DNA from: Setoptus koraiensis | Taxonomy: Eukaryota; Animalia; Arthropoda | DNA length: 64,000 bases | Reading direction: 5' to 3' | Assembly: GCA_048013815.1 (NCBI GenBank) | Contig: CM106585.1 | Location: 3,100,001 to 3,164,000 of the forward strand | In this document: one piece after another, positions 38,330 to 49,704 of the stretch | Position numbering within the stretch: position 1 is the first letter of the stretch | Layout of the letters: each line of letters begins with the position of its first letter | Made by a program: the position numbers and the translations under genes | The notes under the pieces: generated by a model | The model's database searches: none | The model's input: only the letters and a program-made list of their open reading frames with translations | What the model was told of the DNA's origin: nothing

Positions 38330-38930
38330 TCTCCTATTCGCTACAATGTGTGCCGAGTCCTATCGACATGAACTAAGGCTACAAAGCTCAGCCGAACAAG
38401 CTACTTTGCAGATCGCACAACTACAAAAACGTATAAACGAGGAGGCCTGCGACCCCTGAATCCTTTCCAAGGACTATGACACATGGATGAAAAACGAGGG
38501 CCAATATGCAGTGACACTATCATGCGCAATTGCCAAAATCAACATTAACTGCCCATGCGACTCATCAGAGAAAATTGTGCCGGTGGTACCCCAAAACAAA
38601 CTGCGCTACGTGGACAACTACCCCAACGTGGGATGCCCGGCTATAAACAAAACTAAAAAGTATGAGAAACAACTGGATATGTTTGCCATGATTTCCGATT
38701 TCCTCTGCTACGAAGCACACGTCGACAACTGGTCACGTCATCATTATGGCCAGTTATTGGCGTCTGCCTGCATACTGTCGAAACAAGCATACAACTGCCA
38801 CTGCCATGGCAGCCACCATCACAAAAATATATACCGAGATCAATTGACCATTAGAGCGACTCAGGCAAATTTGACCTCCAGAGTGAAACAGTGCTTGACA
38901 AGTAATACTGATCAAATCAGTATTTAGAGC
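38330..38930 (+). pseudogene. Possible viral-type glycoprotein fragment carried in the HINE
   Basis: QATLQIAQLQKRINEEACDP*ILSKDYDTWMKNEGQYAVTLSCAIAKININCPC; by-eye resemblance to chuvirus-like G only. Confidence 0.3.
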
Positions 38931-39850
38931 GCTAGATGTACATGTCTGCTGCCTGCATGCTAAAATTGGTGCACTTTCATCGGTTAGTTTCGCCACAATT
39001 AATGATTTAAATACATACACCAAGACGCAATGGCGCACAACGTGTGTTGTGTGCTATTTCAATGTGTGATTGTGCTGCGTATTACTTGTCAACTTGAGTA
39101 GCTTCTACTGTACTGTGATTTCCTAGTTTCATGACTACTAGCTTCCCGTGCGCCAGATCCTAATTGTCAACAGCTAGCCTTCTGCTGTGCTGGATCAACC
39201 TAGTTAGCATCTCAGCCTTCTCTGTATAATTGCTCTCTATTGATTCTACCTCCCAGCTTTCCCTGTGCTTAATTTAATAAGCCAACATTTAAGCGTTCTA
39301 TTGTACTGAATCTACCTAGTTTTCGTCTCTCTAGCTTTTTTAGTTCTAATTACAATTCGTAAACAGTAAATTGTACGTTTTTTTTCACTGTATATTTGTT
39401 TTCCAATGAGTCCGCCTCCTAGCTTTCAGTGTACTAAAAAACTAGGTAAACTTAGAACGATGAAACCTACCAGATGCTTCCAGATGCCTTCCTTGTGCTA
39501 TTTTTTCCTAGTTGAAAAAAGCACTGATTTGTTCTACCCACGTGAATAAACGTAGCACCCAGACCCATCCCAATAGCTACTTAATTAAAATTAAGCGCTG
39601 AAAAAGTGAAGCCGCCGAGTGCAAGTTAAAACTTGATAATCAAGGCGCGATGAAATTGATCAAAAGTCCGGAGCATCGAGCCCGGACCAAACATATGGAC
39701 ATAAAAATGCACTATGTCAGAGACAAACATGAGTCTGGTGAATATAGTCTGGAGTACATACCTGCAAAGGCCGACAACCTGACTAAGGAGCTAGGACCTA
39801 GGAAACATCAAAACATGCTGCAAGTTATGGGCATGAAATCTTGTGCTAAC

Positions 39851-40680
39851 CTGCTCATTTCCGTTGCAACAGTTGTATGCTTCCTAGTGTCGCACGTCAT
39901 GGCGCAGGACTTGCACGCAGAGGACCTGGTTCTGTGGAGAGAACGAAAATAAGCCATGTCAAGTTTTAAGGAAAACTTGATTGATGAGATGACGGGAATG
40001 TGCCCATCTCAGCGGCGACAAACCCGGCAGGCGCAGGCAACAGTTATCATCAGTGCGGTGTCAGCGGTAGTGTCGACAATATTCCAAATCCACAATAACC
40101 AGCGATCTGACATGAGGGAGAGAGAGTGGAGAACTCTGTAGGAGTTGGTCAGCGATGAAACGCCCCAAGAAAACAGTTCTCTTGAGCAACTCAAGGATGA
40201 CAGATAAGCTCAAGGAAGTGGCCAGAGACGTGGAGGTGCTAGCTGTAGCAGTGGACATTCAACCCGAGATAGCCGAGGCGCTGAACAGCGTCATGCCGAA
40301 AATCCATGAAGTAGGTGCTAAGATCAAAAAGGTCAAGCCCAACATGCAGGTGGGCAACAACGTACCACACGACCTACCTGTCTCTGAACAAAATCGGCCT
40401 TGTCATAGACTCAGTAGAAGTATCTGTATGTTTGTATATTACTTTTTCTTGTGTATCTGGCAATTAAGTCAAGAATTAGAAATCAGCGACAGATCAACTC
40501 GGCTGATGCGATAGCAATTATCTGTATCCTCCCGTTAGTTCTGGGTGACGACACGCTCATCACAATCCAACTGTCACAGGAGGAAGCTACAGTGGATATA
40601 TATCAACATCAGGAATATATGAAAGATAGGTGGTGTAACAAATGGAGGTACAGGTACAAATGGTTGACCTAGTCGAATTA
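39851..40680 (+). pseudogene. env-like ORF in frame with copia pol, decayed and 3'-truncated
   Basis: LLISVATVVCFLVSHVMA signal-like segment; RRQTR|QAQATVIISAVSAVVSTIF (40013 onward); heptad-like KLKEVARDVEVLAVAVD..; ICILPLV..TVDIYQ. Confidence 0.55.
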
Positions 40681-40685
40681 GTGAG

Positions 40686-41371
40686 GAGTTCGGTGGTGAC
40701 AATTCGAACTTCGAAATTCGAAATTGAAAATTCGGATTTCTGACAAGAGTTTCAGCTGCTCTGTCGGAGTTCGATGGTCAGTGTTCTCAGTCCGATGGTC
40801 GATGGTCACAATACGAAGTTCGAAATTCGAAAATTGAAAATTCGAATTTCCGATGAGAGTTTCAGGTGCTCGTTCGGAGTTGAAGGTTCAGTATTCGATG
40901 GTGGGAGTTCGATGGTCACAGTTCGAACTTCGAAATTCGAAATTGAAAATTCGAATTTCCGATACGAGTTCTAGGTGCTTGTACAGAGTTCGGTGGTTCC
41001 AATTCGAAGTTCGGTGGTGACAATTCGAAGTTCGATGGTCACATTTTGAACTTCTAAATTCGAAATCGATGCACTATAATAAAGCGTGCGCCATTGACTG
41101 ATTGGTGTGTCTAACTGAATTACACATTGTGGCGAGACTGACCATCAAAATCTTACTAAATTCCGCACGCAAGAAATCCCCATGTGTATCATGCTGCGAT
41201 AGAAATTTGGAGAACTTGTATATATTATGTCATCTTTTCGGCTACTCTGATCTGACAGGCATAGATGTTTATCTCCGACATGTTGTCACATACTCGCATC
41301 GATATTCCAACGATACTCGTCTATCCAAAAAATTAAGCGCTCGAGATACTGATTCAATCAGTAACACTTGT
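40686..41371 (+). mobile_element. 5'-truncated HINE with TTCGA repeats and intact 3' end
   Basis: AAAATTAAGCGCTCGAGATACTGATTCAATCAGTAACACTTGT. Confidence 0.8.
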
Positions 41372-41854
41372 ATAATCAGCAAGTCGAGACAGATAATGCC
41401 AATCAGGAAATATTACCAGGACCATTGAATATAACAGACATCAGCATTGAATCAATATCTGAGCCACCCCGTGAAATGCAAACTGCTAATGATAATGAAA
41501 TCGCTGAGAATAGTCCGACATAAGCAGTCATCATGAACGTAGCATCGATGATCCAAATGAAAGCTATTCATCATCAGAGCATGATACAACGATCATTGAA
41601 AAACAGCATTCGACACCTAAAAGTTTTGCTAAACGACTTAACATAGGTATTTGTAAGTTAGTACCGTTTCATAAGAAAACAACAGGCGAAACGTTATCCA
41701 TGAGTCAACCCTGCGCGCATCAACGAATCAGCACTGATAATAACGATCAGTTAACAGTCCAACGTGCAGATACGTCCGATACTGTCACAGTTACTGAACC
41801 TTATCAATTACTAATGTCGGCATCAGAAAGTTATACCCTTCTACTTCGAATAGT

Positions 41855-42344
41855 ATTGAGGTGAATGAACTATTTGCATTAATCATGTCAGCTTCTACAA
41901 GCGGTGAACCGGTAACTTATAAAGAAGCGATGTCAAGACCTGATGAAAAGAGCTGGTCTCTAGCTATGGAAGAGGAAATCGATTCAATGAGTAAAAATCA
42001 AGTATGGACCCTAGTTGATGAGTCTACTGGGGTGAATGTGATGTTGAATAGATGGATTATTGTTATTAAAAAAAGCCGAATGGAGAAATCGACAGATATC
42101 GTGCTCGCCTAGTAGCCAGGGGGTTTAGTCAAGCTCCGGGTCTCGACTATCACGAAGCGTGCGCTCCAGTTGCTTATATGCCCACAATACGACTTTTATT
42201 CGCGTTTGCGGCGGCAAGAAAATTGCAAATGGGTGGTTTCGATGTTAAAACCGCATTTTTGTATGAGACGCTTGACGATAAAAATCTATATGGAACAGCC
42301 AGATGGGTACAAGATGGATGTCAACAAAGTTTGTTTGCTGCATA
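41855..42344 (+). pseudogene. Second Ty1/copia RT fragment
   Basis: EPVTYKEAM..WSLAMEEEIDSMSKNQVWTLV..RARLVARGFSQ..FDVKTAFLY. Confidence 0.85.
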
Positions 42345-42635
42345 GAAGTGTGCGCCATTGACTAATTGGTGTGTCTAACTAATTTACTCATTGCGGCGAA
42401 ACTGACTCTTAGAATCATACTAAATTCCATACGCGAGCAATCGACATGTGTATCATGCTGCGATAGAAATTTGGAGAACTTGTATTTATTCTGTCATCTT
42501 TTCGGCTACTCTGATCTGACAGGCATAGATGTTCAACTCCGACATGTTGTCACATACTCGCATCAATATTCCAACGATACTCATCTTTCCAAAAAATTAA
42601 GCGCTCGAGATACTGATAGAATCAATATTACTTGT
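42345..42635 (+). mobile_element. HINE 3' module only
   Basis: GTGCGCCATTGACTAATTGG body, sub-TIR, hairpin and ACTTGT. Confidence 0.8.
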
Positions 42636-43011
42636 TCAATTTCATGTCCGCCTTCCAACTAAATGAATCTGCGATGGTTTCGAAATCGTCGATCCAATTT
42701 ATGATATCACTGTCTATTTCACTCTTAATTGGGCTCAATCGAGTGGTCGAATCAACCCCGTTCCTGAACCGATTGACGGCTCTGCCTCTACTGTGTCCAG
42801 TGTCGTCGTTCCTTGCTCGTCTGATGGCTTGCTCCTGAACTGACAAAGTAAACCTCCTAGGGGTGACACTCAGAATACGCCCTCTGTAGTCTTTATGAAC
42901 TCTCCAATGTACCGAGAACAAGAATACGCTAGTCTCGTTACCAACTTCGGCCAAAATAATTCTAGACTTTTCTTCGTATTTTCTGAAATAAGACTCACTA
43001 TTTGGATCCAC
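42636..43011 (-). pseudogene. Ty3/gypsy gag N-terminal fragment
   Basis: NWIDDFETIADSFSWKADMKL matches the retrotransposon gag W..FE..A....W pattern. Confidence 0.6.
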
Positions 43012-43471
43012 AATAGTCCATCAAGCATCCACGGATGATGCTTATGGTAGAAGATAAATTTCTGATTGGTTGGTTGGTTGGTAATTCCTAGCGTAATTAA
43101 TACAGCCAGCGTATTCGTAAAGTAGTAAATAGGCGGATTTCAACAAATTTGTGGATTTTTTGGTATCAAATAATTGTCAAAATCTACACTTCATTTCAAC
43201 TCAAATCACCTAATACTATAATCTCGCGACGAATAGAAGCAAAACAATAGAGTTCTGGGAAATATTACGATTATTCCAAAAACTAGACTTTAGTTGAGGT
43301 TTTTATATACCTTTTCTTGCTCAGCTTGATCAGGAGAGAAGATTTAGGCTATAGTCAGTTGGAATCCTTTGTACCTGGAAAGGAAATTTACCTTGTGAGC
43401 CGCTCGAGAGCGCGGCCATCTCATTTCTATCAAGTCTCGAGTGTACTTCGTTCACTGGAGATGACGGATTG

Positions 43472-44552
43472 GGGTGTTGTAGCGAACTGGGCGTAGCTCA
43501 GTTCGCGACGAAAGTCACGGTGTGAGTACCTTAGGGGGCCCTGATGAAGATTTATTTGGACCGGAAGTGTAGAAACTACAGGTTCCAGTTTTAGCTTAAT
43601 CTTCGAGCTACAGTCTCGAAAGTCAGTATGTAGGTGGATTTGATCACGATGATTCCGATGACATCAACGTCTGATTCTCACAGCTTCTGGTCCACAAGAT
43701 ATTTGGGTTATTGTGTGGAACAGCGCCACACTTTGATTTTGATGAAACTTCATACCTGAGGCCCGCAGGGCCCCCTGACAACAGTTTGAGTGGTCCGGAA
43801 TTGCGGAAACTTCCGGTTCCGGTTTTACAAAAGCTTCGAGATAGAGCTTCGAAACGCAGTGTGCAGCATGATTCGAGCATGCTGAACACAATGCAGACAA
43901 ATTAAAGTGCGTGCAACTTCCGGTTCTTGAGATATTCTCAGTTCAAGATATATTTCCATGGTAAATGGACTGTTCATCCACCTTCAATCGTGTATGGATT
44001 GCAGTCATCAACCCTACCCGAAGGGTTTCCGACGCACGCAATCGTCGCGGGAGCGACGAGTTCCCACATCTGCCGCTTATTCATTCCTGAGCAAATCGGA
44101 GCTCCAATTTTCCGCACTTCTGGACCGTTCTTTCCGGTCTATAGACGTCAAGATGTACCCGTACAGGATGTTCCATCAAAATCAGGGCGGGGCACTCATC
44201 GCTACAACAACCGATCCTTGGAGCAGTGATCATGCGTTATGCTGAAATACCCATCACACCCCACACCAGTTATTTCGAATTCGAGTCGATTCTCCACTTT
44301 CGGAATACCTTTAAAGGGATGAGAGTTCTCTGATGTACGCACATAGTGCCCGAAATACCTTCAAGTACGCTCCTAAGACTCTTAGCGGTCGTCGAGTATC
44401 TCAAAACGCCCACTGTGCGTTACCTCTGGTAACTCGAAAACCGTAAATTTCTGCATCTTATGAATATCTGTTTGGGTATCAGGGTACTATACTCTACCCA
44501 AAAATACCCAAAATACCCAGATCGGAACTACGCCCAGTTAGCTACAACAGCC
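43472..44552. mobile_element. Merlin-type MITE with perfect 8-bp TSD
   Basis: TIRs GGGTGTTGTAGCGAACTGGGCGTAG / CTACGCCCAGTTAGCTACAACAGCC; TSD ACGGATTG at 43464-43471 and 44553-44560. Confidence 0.92.
43706..44212. mobile_element. Merlin MITE nested inside another Merlin MITE
   Basis: Degenerate left TIR, right TIR CGCTACAACAACC; flanks GATATTTG/GATCCTTG match 6 of 8. Confidence 0.6.
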
Positions 44553-46607
44553 ACGGATTGTCCCTAGGTGTTGTTGCGATCATCTTCATTCTCGCAATAG
44601 CGTTCCGTTTCGGCTTTTCCGTCGCTGATGGTGGATGATTATGCTCGTTAGATGATGACATATATTCATGAAGTTCTTCCAATAAATCGGTCACCAGTCT
44701 GGCCCGGCATTCATGCGTCTAACATGAGGCGCACCTCCAGTACTGCTTCTGATCTCTCTTCTTGCCGATTAGAATGGAAAATCCGTTAATTAGAGCCAAA
44801 GGCTCCCCCTGGTTGATGACCGTGATCACAACACCCTTTTCTTCGAGATCGTAGGCATCTTCCATGGACGTGTCTGATGGATCTTCCATTTTGTTGATTG
44901 TAATGATGATAAAATTTAATTAAATGGATGCGAACTGTTTGCTTGGGCGACTGGATGTTGAATGACGGGGTGCGACCCCAAGTGCTGCTGAATTTATAGC
45001 AACTCACCATATTACTTGTTGCGCTACCGTAGGGCCCAGGCGGTGGCAATGGCGTTGCAATATTTTCGGCCCGGGCAGCGTTCATGGTGTCGTAATATCA
45101 TGTACCAAGACGGCGAGTGACGAAGAAATCGGGGCTCGTATTTTTAGCGCTTAATTTTAATTACGTAGCTATTCGTGTGGTGATGATGGATACGTTTATT
45201 CACGTGAGTAGAACAAATCAGTGCAATTTTCTATCTAGGGAAAATTAGCACAAGGAAGGCATCGGGAAGCATCTGGTAGGTTTCATCGTTCTAAATTTAC
45301 CTAGATTGTTAGTACAGTGAAAGCTAGGAGGCTCAGTCATTGGAAAACAATTATACAGTGGAAGCTTAGATGCTTACTAGTCAAAATTAGAACCGAGAAT
45401 GCTAGCTGTTTACAAATTGGAATTAGCACTAGGGAAGCTAGAAAGACGAAAACTAGGTAGATTTAGTGCAATAGAACGCTTAAATGTTGGTTTGTTAAAT
45501 TTAACAGAGGAACAGCTAGGAGGCAGTATCACTAGGAAACAATGATACAGAGAAGACTGAAATGCAAACTAGGTGGATCTAGCAAAGTAGAAGGCTAGCT
45601 GTTGACAATTAGGATCTGGCGCACCTGAAGCTAGTAGTCATGAAACTAAGAGATCACAGAACAATAGAAGCTACTCAAGTTGACAAGTGTCTCGCAGCAC
45701 AAGTTATGCTATGATTGATTAAACTAGGTGAAAGTGACGAACTTGAAGCTGAGATGCCCAGTAGAATGATTGGTTGTTGTAGCGATTAGGTCCCCACTCA
45801 GATCTTGATGAAACTTCCGGTGCGGGTCCCCCTTGACCCCAATAGAAAGGAAAAAGTAGTCCGGAAGTGCGGAAACTTCCGGTTCCGGTTTTACAAAAAG
45901 TTGAAGCTAGAGCTCCAAGATTCACCATAGAGACGTTTCAAGCTACGCTGAACACGATGACATAATTTTCAGCTCTGTGCGACTTCCGGTTTTCGAGATA
46001 TAGAGATATTACTAGGGTTAGAAGACCGGAAGTGACCAAATTATTGCTTCGCTGCGCTCGGGGATGCACATGCGGTGTGTCTGAGAACTCGGCCTGCGGC
46101 CTCGTATTCTGGAGGCCGTCACATCTCCGTCGTCGCTCCCGCGACGACTGCGTGCGACGGGAACCCTTCGGGTAGAGTTGATGAGCGCTTCAGGTATCGG
46201 GCTGCGCCCTCTACCCTCCGCTCACATGACTGCAATCCATGCACAGATGTAGGGAGAAAGGCGAAAAAAACCGACAAAAAATGAAAACAAATGGGACAAG
46301 AGGATATGGATAATCATTTTATTTTTATTATATCAATGTGATGACTGATATATGACCCAATACATGGTGTTGCTCACTATATGAACAGAATGGGTCCGCT
46401 GACCGCATCCGCACAGACCCGGCCACACCTCTTAATCAAATAAACCTTGATATCTCTTAAACCGGAAGTGATGGGAGATCGATTATGATTTCATCATTCT
46501 CCGCTAGGCGTCATCTACTAGATTCTGAATTTTCAGAGCTCTATCTCGATATTTTTGTATTTCCGGAACCGGAAGTTTCCGCACTTCCGGACTACTCAAC
46601 TCGTAAG

Positions 46608-47720
46608 TCCAAAATTAACAAAGGAATTCGACTTTGTTAATTTTGACAAAATTTTTTTTGTTCTCTGTGTTAAAGTATCTAAACGTTAACAATGTTAACC
46701 CTATGGGAATTTGACTCTGACGATTTTGACAATTTTTTTTTGTTCTCTGTGTTAAAGTATCTAAACGTTAACAATGTTAACCCTATGGGAATTTGACTTT
46801 GACGATTTTGACAAATTTTTTTTTGTTCTCTGTGTTAAAGTATCTAAACGCTAACAATGTTGACTCTATGGGAACAGAGTTAGATGGTCACAATTCGAAG
46901 TTCGGTGGTGATTATTCGAAGTTTGATGGTCACATTTCGGACTTCGAAATTCGAAATTGAAAAATTCGAATTTCCGATACGAGTTCCAGGTGCTTGTACA
47001 GAGTTCGATGGTCACAATTCGAAGTTCGGTGGTTACAATTCGAAGTTCGATGGTCACATTTCGAACTTCGAAATTCGAAATTGAAAAATTCGAATTTCCG
47101 ATACAAGTTTCAGGTGCTTGTACAGAGTTCGATGGTCACAATCCGAAGTTCGGTGGTTACAATTCGAAGTTCGATGGTCACATTTCGAACTTCGAAATTC
47201 GAAATTGAAAATTCGAATTTCTGATGACAGTTCCATCTGTACGTTCGATGTTCTGTGGTCAGTGTTCGATGGTCAATGTTCGATGGTCACATTTTGAAGT
47301 TCGGTGGTTAACAGGTGAAATAGCACACAACACACATAGTGCGCCATTGCGTCTTGGTGTATGTATTGAAATTATTAATTGTGGCGAAACTAACCGATAG
47401 AAGTGCACCAATTTTTGCATGCAGGCAGCTGACATGTACATCTAACTATGGTGAAAATTTGAGAAACCTGAATCTAGTTTGTGATACTCTTTAGATGGTA
47501 TGAAACGACCAAACGATCAATTTGTATAGCATACCGCACACGAGCATCTCAGCTGTACCACTATTTGGTATAGCTTAGATCTCTTGTACTCTTGGCTACC
47601 AAGTATGCATCAATTCATCGATTGCGAGCGCTAATAGGTTGTCATAAACTCCTTTGAATCCTTCAACAATACTTTTCCACACGAAAAATTAAGCGCTCGA
47701 AATACTGATTTGATCAGTAT
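46608..47720 (+). mobile_element. 5'-truncated HINE, near-identical to part of 61911-63360
   Basis: Same repeat order and same distinctive 3' body; two listed ORFs (47259-47441, 62892-63074) are identical. Confidence 0.8.
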
Positions 47721-48008
47721 GTATAGTTTGTGACACCATGTCAGAGATGAACATCTATGCCTGTCAGATCAGAGTAGTCGGTCATCATGTGTATCACGTT
47801 GTGATAGGAATTTGAAGAAGGCATAGATGTTCAACTCCGACATGTTATCACATACTCGCATCTATATTTAAACGGTACTTGATCGCTATGATGCATCCGC
47901 ATTTTCATGCACTATTTTATTTTCGAAAATCAGCCATAGTTTCCAAGTTTGTCAAGATAAAATTGCCAATTTTCGCACACTAGATAGCCATAGATAGACT
48001 GTTCGACA

Positions 48009-48851
48009 GTGCGAATTTGGCGACGTGTGGCGTATTATCCCGGTAGTAACACTTCTGTGGTTCCCAAGAATTCTGTCGGTCTCGGGTCTTATGTCAACCG
48101 ATCTCTTTGTGCACCTGTTAATATTCTTTCCACCCGCACAGACCCTATTAGGCCTGGGCTGGATTGCACAACTAAATATTATACACCTAATGAGATTCCC
48201 GTCCCCAATTTGACTAATGAGTTTCGGGTCATCGTTAAAGGCTACCTGGACGGACATTATTACACGCCTCCATTGACCTGTATGTCTTTGACTCTTTTGG
48301 TCAAGTTGCCCATGATTAGAGATAGAGTTGGACCCTATTTTGGTTATAATAATCCGGTCACCCCTCTTTGGGATCGCCCCACAGTTGTCCATGGAACCAT
48401 GAGTCCTCCACATTACATGGACTTCTCTGATTCTCAATTTAATACGAGAAATATTGCTTTCCCCACTGGAGGGGAGTATTCTGATGTTTGTAGGTGCCTT
48501 CGAATACGTGCCCTCATAAAGTATTTCTGCCTGGATTCCAAGTCCAGAGCTGAGTATACGATTGAACGTTTCAATGGTAAACGTGCCTATGACCATCATA
48601 TTGTTATTGAGGCATATACACTCGACGACTTTATCACGACGGCCATGTCCCCGGAATTTTACTTTATTATTCACAAGGAGTGGTTTGGCGTTTATAACAT
48701 CAAGTCTCGGATTGCGAACGTTTGGACCTCCGACCCCCTTGAGTGTTCGGATGATATGCCAGCACGGCCTGATCTTGGCGCAAGGCACGAAGAAATGAGA
48801 ATTTCTCTGAAAAACGGCTTCGTGTTACGAGAGGACTTAATTAGCGCTTAA
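48009..48851 (+). CDS. Uncharacterised 280-aa ORF, possibly degenerate tandem MATH/TRAF-like domains, truncated by a HINE
   Basis: Long open frame in unique sequence; weak motifs WRRVAYYPGSN, CLRIRALIKY, EYTIERFN; the last codons come from the HINE sub-TIR at 48843. Confidence 0.35.
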   Translation: MRIWRRVAYYPGSNTSVVPKNSVGLGSYVNRSLCAPVNILSTRTDPIRPGLDCTTKYYTPNEIPVPNLTNEFRVIVKGYLDGHYYTPPLTCMSLTLLVKLPMIRDRVGPYFGYNNPVTPLWDRPTVVHGTMSPPHYMDFSDSQFNTRNIAFPTGGEYSDVCRCLRIRALIKYFCLDSKSRAEYTIERFNGKRAYDHHIVIEAYTLDDFITTAMSPEFYFIIHKEWFGVYNIKSRIANVWTSDPLECSDDMPARPDLGARHEEMRISLKNGFVLREDLISA

Positions 48852-49697
48852 TTTTAATTAAGTAGCTACTGGGGTAGTGATGATGGATACGTTTATTCAC
48901 GTGACTATGTAATCCTATGGAGATTTGACTAAGTCACATTTGTGCGGAGTTAGGTGGTGACAAATCGAACTTCAAAATTGAAAATTCGAATTTCTAATAA
49001 GAATTTCATCTGCTCATTCGATGTTCGGTGGTCAGAGTTCGATTGTCACAATTCGATGGTCACAATTCGAAATTCGAAAATTGAAAATTGAAAATTCGAA
49101 TTCCTAATGATAGTTTCATCTGCTCGTTTGATGTTCGGTGGTCAGTGTTCGATGGTCACAGTTCAAAGTTCGGTGGTAACAATTTGAAGTTCGAAGATTG
49201 AAAATTTGAATTTCCGAAACCAGTTCCAGGTGCTCGTACAGTGTTCGATGGTCACATTTCGAAGTTCGAAATTCGAAAATTGAAAATTCGAATTCCTAAT
49301 GATAGTTTCATCTGCTCGTTCGATGTTTGATGGTCAGAGTTCGATGTTCGATGGTCAGAGTTCGATGGTCACAATTCGAACTTCGAAATTCAAAGTTGAT
49401 GCACTATAGCAAAGTGTGCGCCATTGACTCATTGGTGTGTCTAACTTAATTACTCATTGCGGCGAAACTGACTATTAAACTGACTAAATTCCACACGCAA
49501 GCAATCGACATGTGTATCATGCTGCGATAGAAATTGGGAGACCTTGTATTCTTTCTGTCATCTTTCGGCTACTCTGATCGACAGGCATAGATGATTATCT
49601 CCGACATGTTGTCACATACTCGCATCCATATTCCAACGATACTCGTCTATCCAAAAAATTAAGCGCTCGAGGTACTGATAGAATCAGTATCACTTGT
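48843..49697 (+). mobile_element. Complete HINE (~855 bp)
   Basis: 5' sub-TIR, TTCGA repeats, 3' sub-TIR, hairpin and ACTTGT. Confidence 0.88.
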
Positions 49698-49704
49698 TTT
49701 TTTT

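Larger units (their letters stand above)
35215..39599 (-). mobile_element. HINE/Helentron-type element (4.4 kb) splitting the copia RNaseH
   Basis: 3' hairpin GATACTGATTAGATCAGTATC plus sub-TIR at 35215-35260; 5' sub-TIR ending 39599; copia RNaseH sequence lies on both sides. Confidence 0.85.
31886..39850 (+). mobile_element. Ty1/copia element (integrase C-half, RT, RNaseH) interrupted by Merlin, unknown and HINE insertions
   Basis: PQQNGAAER-FNRTL, KFDPKTKRAFLVGY, KWVFKRK..KYMARLVARGY, QFDVASAFLNG, GLKQAPKCWY, YVDD, DADWAG..RRSTSG, STMEAEY; resumes after 39600 with DNQGAMKLIKSPEHRARTKHMDIKMHYVRD. Order IN-RT-RH. Confidence 0.92.
43395..44889 (-). pseudogene. FLYWCH-type (Mutator/MULE-like) transposase N-terminal fragment split by a Merlin MITE
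   Basis: LINGF..KQYWRCASC*THECRARLVT..EHNHPP..TTPRDNP, continuing after the MITE as SSPVNEVHSRLDRNEMAAL, then a GT donor-like site. Confidence 0.7.

Noticed and set aside
47952-48788. 278-aa minus-strand ORF
   Set aside because: Antisense shadow of the 48009-48851 ORF with no motifs; which strand codes is not proven.
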